DNA from: Auanema rhodensis
Lineage: Eukaryota > Animalia > Nematoda
DNA length: 64,000 nucleotides
Assembly (NCBI GenBank): GCA_964057225.1
Contig: OZ059895.1
Span: 2,294,001-2,358,000, forward strand
Reading direction: 5' to 3'
The first letter of the stretch is position 1; every line of letters starts with the position of its first letter. The notes under the pieces were generated by a model. That model was not told the origin of the DNA. It did no database searches and saw nothing but the letters and a program-made list of their open reading frames with translations. A program made the position numbers and the translations under genes. Positions 54,057 through 64,000 of the stretch are shown here, one piece after another.

Positions 54057-57000
54057 GATTTGCGCTAGCTTAAAAATGCACCGAGATATCAACTGATATA
54101 AGTTCACACTTATATCCTCGATTTTCACCCTGAAGAATTAATTTTTTCGTTGAATAGCATTGTCCATCGTCTTTGCCTTGAAAAAAGGAATCTAAAAACA
54201 TCTACTTTTTGCTAAATTATTTTGAAATTTTTCGAAAAAATTTTTGTCAAAATGTTTTTGGAAGCAATGTTGAGTGTACATGGAAACTCAACATACACTA
54301 ATGCATCATTTTTCAAACGATCATAACTAATTTTTGTATCAAGCGTTTCTCGATGTAGTATAGTGCATTCGATGCGGATTTTTAAGCTGCGTCGATCTGT
54401 GTTATCAGATTTGCGCTAGCTTAAAAATGCACCGAGATATCAACTGATATAAGTTCACACTTATATCCTCGATTTTCACCCTGAAGAATTAATTTTTTCG
54501 TTGAATAACATTGTCCATCGTCTTTGCCTGGAAAAATGGAATCTAAAAACATCTACTTTTTGATAAATTATTTTGAAATTTTTCGAAAAAATTTTTGTCA
54601 AAATGTTTTTGGAAGCAATGTTGAGTGTACATGGAAACTCAACATACACTAATGCATCATTTTTCAAACGATCATAACTAATTTTTTTATCAAGCGTTTC
54701 TCAATGTAGTATAGTGCATTCGATGCGGATTTTTAAGCTGCGTCGATCTGTGTTATCAGATTTGCGCTAGCTTAAAAATGCACCGAGATATCAACTGATA
54801 TAAGTTCACACTTATATCCTCGATTTTCACCCTGAAGAATTAATTTTTTCGTTGAATAACATTGTCCATCGTCTTTGCCTGGAAAAATGGAATCTAAAAA
54901 CATCTACTTTTTGCTAAATTATTTTGAAATTTTTCGAAAAAATTTTTGTCAAAATGTTTTTGGAAGCAATGTTGAGTGTACATGGAAACTCAACATACAC
55001 TAATGCATCATTTTTCAAACGATCATAACTAATTTTTGTATCAAGCGTTTCTCAATGTAGTATAGTGCATTCGATGCGGATTTTTAAGCTGCGTCGATCT
55101 GTGTTATCAGATTTGCGCTAGCTTAAAAATGCACCGAGATATCAACTGATATAAGTTCACACTTATATCCTCGATTTTCACCCTGAAGAATTAATTTTTT
55201 CGTTGAATAACATTGTCCATCGTCTTTGCCTGGAAAAATGGAATCTAAAAACATCTACTTTTTGCTAAATTATTTTGAAATTTTTCGAAAAAATTTTTGT
55301 CAAAATGTTTTTGGAAGCAATGTTGAGTGTACATGGAAACTCAACATACACTAATGCATCATTTTTCAAACAATCATAACTAATTTGTGTATTAAGCGTT
55401 TTTCAATGTAGTATAGTGCATTCGATGCGGATTTTTAAGCTGCGTCGATCTGTGTTATCAGATTTGCGCTAGCTTAAAAATGCACCGAGATATCAACTGA
55501 TATAAGTTCACACTTATATCCTCGATTTTCACCCTGAAGAATTAATTTTTTCGTTGAATAACATTGTCTATCGTCTTTGCCTTGAAAAATGGAATCTAAA
55601 AACATCTACTTTTTGCTAAATTATTTTGAAATTTTTCGAAAAAATTTTTGTCAAAATGTTTTTGGAAGCAATGTTGAGTGTACATGGAAACTCAACATAC
55701 ACTAATGCATCATTTTTCAAACGATCATAACTAATTTTTTTATCAAGCGTTTCTCAATGTAGTATAGTGCATTCGATGCGGATTTTTAAGCTGCGTCGAT
55801 CTGTGTTATCAGATTTGCGCTAGCTTAAAAATGCACCGAGATATCGACTGATATAAGTTCACACTTATATCCTTGATTTTCACCCTGAAGAATTAATTTT
55901 TTCGTTGAATAACATTGTCCATCGTCTTTGCCTGGAAAAATGGAATCTAAAAACATCTACTTTTTGCTAAATTATTTTGAAATTTTTCGAAAAAATTTTT
56001 GTCAAAATGTTTTTGGAAGCAATGTTGAGTGTACATGGAAACTCAACATACACTAATGCATCATTTTTCAAACGATCATAACTAATTTTTGTATTAAGCG
56101 TTTCTCAATGTAGTATAGTGCATTCGATGCGAATTTTTAAGCTGCGTCGATCTGTGTTATCAGATTTGCGCTAGCTTAAAAATGCACCGAGATATCAACT
56201 GATATAAGTTCACACTTATATCCTCGATTTTCACCCTGAAGAATTAATTTTTTCGTTGAATAGCATTGTCCATCGTCTTCGCCTTGAAAAAAGGAATCTA
56301 AAAACATCTACTTTTTGCTAAATTATTTTGAAATTTTTCGAAAAAATTTTTGTCAAAATGTTTTTGGAAGCAATGTTGAGTGTACATGGAAACTCAACAT
56401 ACACTAATGCATCATTTTTCAAACGATCATAACTAATTTTTGTATCAAGCGTTTCTCGATGTAGTATAGTGCATTCGATGCGGATTTTTAAGCTGCGTCG
56501 ATCTGTGTTATCGGATTTGCGCTAGCTTAAAAATGCACCGAGATATCAACTGATATAAGTTCACACTTATATCCTCGATTTTCACCCTGAAGAATTAATT
56601 TTTTCGTTGAATAACATTGTCCATCGTCTTTGCCTGGAAAAATGGAATCTAAAAACATCTACTTTTTGCTAAATTATTTTGAAATTTTTCGAAAAAATTT
56701 TTGTCAAAATGTTTTTGGAAGCAATGTTGAGTGTACATGGAAACTCAACATACACTAATGCATCATTTTTCAAACGATCATAACTAATTTTTTTATCAAG
56801 CGTTTCTCAATGTAGTATAGTGCATTCGATGCGGATTTTTAAGCTGCGTCGATCTGTGTTATCAGATTTGCGCTAGCTTAAAAATGCACCGAGATATCAA
56901 CTGATATAAGTTCACACTTATATCCTCGATTTTCACCCTGAAGAATTAATTTTTTCGTTGAATAACATTGTCCATCGTCTTTGCCTGGAAAAATGGAATC

Positions 57001-60000
57001 TAAAAACATCTACTTTTTGCTAAATTATTTTGAAATTTTTCGAAAAAATTTTTGTCAAAATGTTTTTGGAAGCAATGTTGAGTGTACATGGAAACTCAAC
57101 ATACACTAATGCATCATTTTTTAAACGATCATAACTAATTTTTGTATCAAGCGTTTCTCAATGTAGTATAGTGCATTCGATGCGGATTTTTAAGCTGCGT
57201 CGATCTGTGTTATCAGATTTGCGCTAGCTTAAAAATGCACCGAGATATCAACTGATATAAGTTCACACTTATATCCTCGATTTTCACCCTGAAGAATTAA
57301 TTTTTTCGTTGAATAACATTGTCTATCGTCTTTGCCTTGAAAAATGGAATCTAAAAACATCTACTTTTTGCTAAATTATTTTGAAATTTTTCGAAAAAAT
57401 TTTTGTCAAAATGTTTTTGGAAGCAATGTTGAGTGTACATGGAAACTCAACATACACTAATGCATCATTTTTCAAACGATCATAACTAATTTTTTTATCA
57501 AGCGTTTCTCAATGTAGTATAGTGCATTCGATGCGGATTTTTAAGCTGCGTCGATCTGTGTTATCAGATTTGCGCTAGCTTAAAAATGCACCGAGATATC
57601 AACTGATATAAGTTCACACTTATATCCTCGATTTTCACCCTGAAGAATTAATTTTTTCGTTGAATAACATTGTCCATCGTCTTTGCCTGGAAAAATGGAA
57701 TCTAAAAACATCTACTTTTTGCTAAATTATTTTGAAATTTTTCGAAAAAATTTTTGTCAAAATGTTTTTGGAAGCAATGTTGAGTGTACATGGAAACTCA
57801 ACATACACTAATGCATCATTTTTCAAACAATCATAACTAATTTGTGTATTAAGCGTTTTTCAATGTAGTATAGTGCATTCGATGCGGATTTTTAAGCTGC
57901 GTCGATCTGTGTTATCAGATTTGCGCTAGCTTAAAAATGCACCGAGATATCAACTGATATAAGTTCACACTTATATCCTCGATTTTCACCCTGAAGAATT
58001 AATTTTTTCGTTGAATAACATTGTCTATCGTCTTTGCCTTGAAAAATGGAATCTAAAAACATCTACTTTTTGCTAAATTATTTTGAAATTTTTGGAAAAA
58101 ATTTTTGTCAAAATGTTTTTGGAAGCAATGTTGAGTGTACATGGAAACTCAACATACACTAATGCATCATTTTTCAAACGATCATAACTAATTTTTGTAT
58201 TAAGCGTTTCTCAATGTAGTAAAGTGCATTCGATGCGAATTTTTAAGCTGCGTCGATCTGTGTTATCAGATTTGCGCTAGCTTAAAAATGCACCGAGATA
58301 TCAACTGATATAAGTTCACACTTATATCCTCGATTTTCACCCTGAAGAATTAATTTTTTCGTTGAATAGCATTGTCCATCGTCTTTGCCTTGAAAAAAGG
58401 AATCTAAAAACATCTACTTTTTGCTAAATTATTTTGAAATTTTTCGAAAAAATTTTTGTCAAAATGTTTTTGGAAGCAATGTTGAGTGTACATGGAAACT
58501 CAACATACACTAATGCATCATTTTTCAAACGATCATAACTAATTTTTGTATCAAGCGTTTCTCGATGTAGTATAGTGCATTCGATGCGGATTTGTAAGCT
58601 GCGTCGATCTGTGTTATCAGATTTGCGCTAGCTTAAAAATGCACCGAGATATCAACTGATATAAGTTCACACTTATATCCTCGATTTTCACCCTGAAGAA
58701 TTAATTTTTTCGTTGAATAACATTGTCTATCGTCTTTGCCTTGAAAAATGGAATCTAAAAACATCTACTTTTTGCTAAATTATTTTGAAATTTTTCGAAA
58801 AAATTTTTGTCAAAATGTTTTTGGAAGCAATGTTGAGTGTACATGGAAACTCAACATACACTAATGCATCATTTTTCAAACAATCATAACTAATTTGTGT
58901 ATTAAGCGTTTTTCAATGTAGTATAGTGCATTCGATGCGGATTTTTAAGCTGCGTCGATCTGTGTTATCAGATTTGCGCTAGCTTAAAAATGCACCGAGA
59001 TATCAACTGATATAAGTTCACACTTATATCCTCGATTTTCACCCTGAAGAATTAATTTTTTCGTTGAATAACATTGTCTATCGTCTTTGCCTTGAAAAAT
59101 GGAATCTAAAAACATCTACTTTTTGCTAAATTATTTTGAAATTTTTCGAAAAAATTTTTGTCAAAATGTTTTTGGAAGCAATGTTGAGTGTACATGGAAA
59201 CTCAACATACACTAATGCATCATTTTTCAAACGATCATAACTAATTTTTTTATCAAGCGTTTCTCAATGTAGTATAGTGCATTCGATGCGGATTTTTAAG
59301 CTGCGTCGATCTGTGTTATCAGATTTGCGCTAGCTTAAAAATGCACCGAGATATCAACTGATATAAGTTCACACTTATATCCTCGATTTTCACCCTGAAG
59401 AATTAATTTTTTCGTTGAATAACATTGTCCATCGTCTTTGCCTGGAAAAATGGAATCTAAAAACATCTACTTTTTGCTAAATTATTTTGAAATTTTTCGA
59501 AAAAATTTTTGTCAAAATGTTTTTGGAAGCAATGTTGAGTGTACATGGAAACTCAACATACACTAATGCATCATTTTTCAAACAATCATAACTAATTTGT
59601 GTATTAAGCGTTTTTCAATGTAGTATAGTGCATTCGATGCGGATTTTTAAGCTGCGTCGATCTGTGTTATCAGATTTGCGCTAGCTTAAAAATGCACCGA
59701 GATATCAACTGATATAAGTTCACACTTATATCCTCGATTTTCACCCTGAAGAATTAATTTTTTCGTTGAATAACATTGTCTATCGTCTTTGCCTTGAAAA
59801 ATGGAATCTAAAAACATCTACTTTTTGCTAAATTATTTTGAAATTTTTGGAAAAAATTTTTGTCAAAATGTTTTTGGAAGCAATGTTGAGTGTACATGGA
59901 AACTCAACATACACTAATGCATCATTTTTCAAACGATCATAACTAATTTTTGTATTAAGCGTTTCTCAATGTAGTATAGTGCATTCGATGCGAATTTTTA

Positions 60001-63000
60001 AGCTGCGTCGATCTGTGTTATCAGATTTGCGCTAGCTTAAAAATGCACCGAGATATCAACTGATATAAGTTCACACTTATATCCTCGATTTTCACCCTGA
60101 AGAATTAATTTTTTCGTTGAATAGCATTGTCCATCGTCTTTGCCTTGAAAAAAGGAATCTAAAAACATCTACTTTTTGCTAAATTATTTTGAAATTTTTC
60201 GAAAAAATTTTTGTCAAAATGTTTTTGGAAGCAATGTTGAGTGTACATGGAAACTCAACATACACTAATGCATCATTTTTCAAACGATCATAACTAATTT
60301 TTGTATCAAGCGTTTCTCGATGTAGTATAGTGCATTCGATGCGGATTTGTAAGCTGCGTCGATCTGTGTTATCAGATTTGCGCTAGCTTAAAAATGCACC
60401 GAGATATCAACTGATATAAGTTCACACTTATATCCTCGATTTTCACCCTGAAGAATTAATTTTTTCGTTGAATAACATTGTCTATCGTCTTTGCCTTGAA
60501 AAATGGAATCTAAAAACATCTACTTTTTGCTAAATTATTTTGAAATTTTTCGAAAAAATTTTTGTCAAAATGTTTTTGGAAGCAATGTTGAGTGTACATG
60601 GAAACTCAACATACACTAATGCATCATTTTTCAAAAAATCATAACTAATTTGTGTATTAAGCGTTTTTCAATGTAGTATAGTGCATTCGATGCGGATTTT
60701 TAAGCTGCGTCGATCTGTGTTATCAGATTTGCGCTAGCTTAAAAATGCACCGAGATATCAACTGATATAAGTTCACACTTATATCCTCGATTTTCACCCT
60801 GAAGAATTAATTTTTTCGTTGAATAACATTGTCTATCGTCTTTGCCTTGAAAAATGGAATCTAAAAACATCTACTTTTTGCTAAATTATTTTGAAATTTT
60901 TCGAAAAAATTTTTGTCAAAATGTTTTTGGAAGCAATGTTGAGTGTACATGGAAACTCAACATACACTAATGCATCATTTTTCAAACGATCATAACTAAT
61001 TTTTTTATCAAGCGTTTCTCAATGTAGTATAGTGCATTCGATGCGGATTTTTAAGCTGCGTCGATCTGTGTTATCAGATTTGCGCTAGCTTAAAAATGCA
61101 CCGAGATATCAACTGATATAAGTTCACACTTATATCCTCGATTTTCACCCTGAAGAATTAATTTTTTCGTTGAATAACATTGTCCATCGTCTTTGCCTGG
61201 AAAAATGGAATCTAAAAACATCTACTTTTTGCTAAATTATTTTGAAATTTTTCGAAAAAATTTTTGTCAAAATGTTTTTGGAAGCAATGTTGAGTGTACA
61301 TGGAAACTCAACATACACTAATGCATCATTTTTCAAACAATCATAACTAATTTGTGTATTAAGCGTTTTTCAATGTAGTATAGCGCATTCGATGCGGATT
61401 TTTAAGCTGCGTCGATCTGTGTTATCAGATTTGCGCTAGCTTAAAAATGCACCGAGATATCAACTGATATAAGTTCACACTTATATCCTCGATTTTCACC
61501 CTGAAGAATTAATTTTTTCGTTGAATAACATTGTCTATCGTCTTTGCCTTGAAAAATGGAATCTAAAAACATCTACTTTTTGCTAAATTATTTTGAAATT
61601 TTTCGAAAAAATTTTTGTCAAAATGTTTTTGGAAGCAATGTTGAGTGTACATGGAAACTCAACATACACTAATGCATCATTTTTCAAACGATCATAACTA
61701 ATTTTTTTATCAAGCGTTTCTCAATGTAGTATAGTGCATTCGATGCGGATTTTTAAGCTGCGTCGATCTGTGTTATCAGATTTGCGCTAGCTTAAAAATG
61801 CACCGAGATATCAACTGATATAAGTTCACACTTATATCCTCGATTTTCACCCTGAAGAATTAATTTTTTCGTTGAATAACATTGTCCATCGTCTTTGCCT
61901 GGAAAAATGGAATCTAAAAACATCTACTTTTTGCTAAATTATTTTGAAATTTTTCGAAAAAATTTTTGTCAAAATGTTTTTGGAAGCAATGTTGAGTGTA
62001 CATGGAAACTCAACATACACTAATGCATCATTTTTCAAACAATCATAACTAATTTGTGTATCAAGCGTTTTTCAATGTAGTATAGTGCATTCGATGCGGA
62101 TTTTTAAGCTGCGTCGATCTGTGTTATCAGATTTGCGCTAGCTTAAAAATGCACCGAGATATCAACTGATATAAGTTCACACTTATATCCTCGATTTTCA
62201 CCCTGAAGAATTAATTTTTTCGTTGAATAACATTGTCTATCGTCTTTGCCTTGAAAAATGGAATCTAAAAACATCTACTTTTTGCTAAATTATTTTGAAA
62301 TTTTTGGAAAAAATTTTTGTCAAAATGTTTTTGGAAGCAATGTTGAGTGTACATGGAAACTCAACATACACTAATGCATCATTTTTCAAACGATCATAAC
62401 TAATTTTTGTATTGAGCGTTTCTCAATGTAGTATAGTGCATTCGATGCGAATTTTTAAGCTGCGTCGATCTGTGTTATCCGATTTGCGCTAGCTTAAAAA
62501 TGCACCGAGATATCAACTGATATAAGTTCACACTTATATCCTCGATTTTCACCCTGAAGAATTAATTTTTTCGTTGAATAGCATTGTCCATCGTCTTTGC
62601 CTTGAAAAAAGGAATCTAAAAACATCTACTTTTTGCTAAATTATTTTGAAATTTTTCGAAAAAATTTTTGTCAAAATGTTTTTGGAAGCAATGTTGAGTG
62701 TACATGGAAACTCAACATACACTAATGCATCATTTTTCAAACGATCATAACTAATTTTTGTATCAAGCGTTTCTCGATGTAGTATAGTGCATTCGATGCG
62801 GATTTGTAAGCTGCGTCGATCTGTGTTATCAGATTTGCGCTAGCTTAAAAATGCACCGAGATATCAACTGATATAAGTTCACACTTATATCCTCGATTTT
62901 CACCCTGAAGAATTAATTTTTTCGTTGAATAACATTGTCCATCGTCTTTGCCTGGAAAAATGGAATCTAAAAACATCTACTTTTTGCTAAATTATTTTGA

Positions 63001-64000
63001 AATTTTTCGAAAAAATTTTTGTCAAAATGTTTTTGGAAGCAATGTTGAGTGTACATGGAAACTCAACATACACTAATGCATCATTTTTCAAACGATCATA
63101 ACTAATTTTTTTATCAAGCGTTTCTCAATGTAGTATAGTGCATTCGATGCGGATTTTTAAGCTGCGTCGATCTGTGTTATCAGATTTGCGCTAGCTTAAA
63201 AATGCACCGAGATATCAACTGATATAAGTTCACACTTATATCCTCGATTTTCACCCTGAAGAATTAATTTTTTCGTTGAATAACATTGTCCATCGTCTTT
63301 GCCTGGAAAAATGGAATCTAAAAACATCTACTTTTTGCTAAATTATTTTGAAATTTTTCGAAAAAATTTTTGTCAAAATGTTTTTGGAAGCAATGTTGAG
63401 TGTACATGGAAACTCAACATACACTAATGCATCATTTTTCAAACAATCATAACTAATTTGTGTATTAAGCGTTTTTCAATGTAGTATAGTGCATTCGATG
63501 CGGATTTTTAAGCTGCGTCGATCTGTGTTATCAGATTTGCGCTAGCTTAAAAATGCACCGAGATATCAACTGATATAAGTTCACACTTATATCCTCGATT
63601 TTCACCCTGAAGAATTAATTTTTTCGTTGAATAACATTGTCCATCGTCTTTGCCTGGAAAAATGGAATCTAAAAACATCTACTTTTTGCTAAATTATTTT
63701 GAAATTTTTCGAAAAAATTTTTGTCAAAATGTTTTTGGAAGCAATGTTGAGTGTACATGGAAACTCAACATACACTAATGCATCATTTTTCAAACAATCA
63801 TAACTAATTTGTGTATTAAGCGTTTTTCAATGTAGTATAGTGCATTCGATGCGGATTTTTAAGCTGCGTCGATCTGTGTTATCAGATTTGCGCTAGCTTA
63901 AAAATGCACCGAGATATCAACTGATATAAGTTCACACTTATATCCTCGATTTTCACCCTGAAGAATTAATTTTTTCGTTGAATAACATTGTCTATCGTCT
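54057..64000. repeat. Variable-length ~6-monomer higher-order repeat (units of 6, 6, 5 and 7 monomers)
   Basis: A marker monomer with 101G (GAATAGCATT) and 130A (AAAAAAGG) has 101G at 54157, 56263, 58369, 60124 and 62581. Confidence 0.82.

Larger units (their letters stand above)
1..64000. repeat. Tandem satellite DNA array, 351-bp monomer, ~182.3 copies, running off both window ends
   Basis: GATTTGCGCTAGCTTAAAAATGC recurs at 1, 352, 3511, 7021, 14041, 35101 and 45631 (exact multiples of 351), then with a +2 offset at 46686, 48441, 62481 and 63885. No non-repeat sequence or inversion was seen. Confidence 0.99.
37909..64000. repeat. Right satellite domain (M109-M183)
   Basis: Carries 109C+123G (GTCCATCGTCTTTGCCTGG, first at 38017), frequent 293T and 280T, and mostly 84A and 213G. 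No TCGAATCGG or GCCCCGAG variants were seen. Confidence 0.88.

Noticed and set aside
54476-54667. 63-aa - strand ORF (MKNDALVY...)
   Set aside because: It is created by a private C>A at 54563 that removes a minus-strand TAG present in other monomers. This is a chance ORF in satellite DNA.
1-64000. CRISPR array
   Set aside because: The whole 351-bp unit repeats. There are no unique spacers and no cas genes.
1-64000. Giant repeat-protein exon (351 bp = 117 codons, frame preserved)
   Set aside because: Stop codons recur in each monomer, and the ORF track shows nothing longer than 65 aa in any frame.
1-64000. A single regular array-wide higher-order repeat
   Set aside because: Periodicities are local and variable (3-7 monomers) and change along the array.

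Overview
The whole 64 kb window is one uninterrupted head-to-tail array of a 351-bp AT-rich satellite (about 31% GC by hand count of monomer 1). It holds 182 complete monomers plus 116 bp of a 183rd, all in the same orientation. I see no genes, RNA genes, transposon insertions or CRISPR array, and the two listed ORFs are single-SNP stop-codon losses in individual monomers. Monomers are numbered M1-M183. Mn starts at 1+351(n-1) up to M133 and at 3+351(n-1) afterwards, because of a single +2 insertion near 46501. 'Pos' means position within the monomer. Copies differ at only a few shared SNP sites. There are two layers of structure. First, the monomer is a chain of dyad symmetries, including a ~67-nt hairpin and two perfect 9-bp stems. 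Second, shared SNPs show two sequence domains with a sharp boundary near 37.9 kb, plus local 3- to 7-monomer higher-order repeats, one with a nested left-to-right accumulation of mutations. The pattern fits eukaryotic, probably invertebrate, (peri)centromeric or heterochromatic satellite DNA. I cannot name the family or species, and I cannot support a novel protein-coding system here. Variant calls were read by eye and should be confirmed by alignment.
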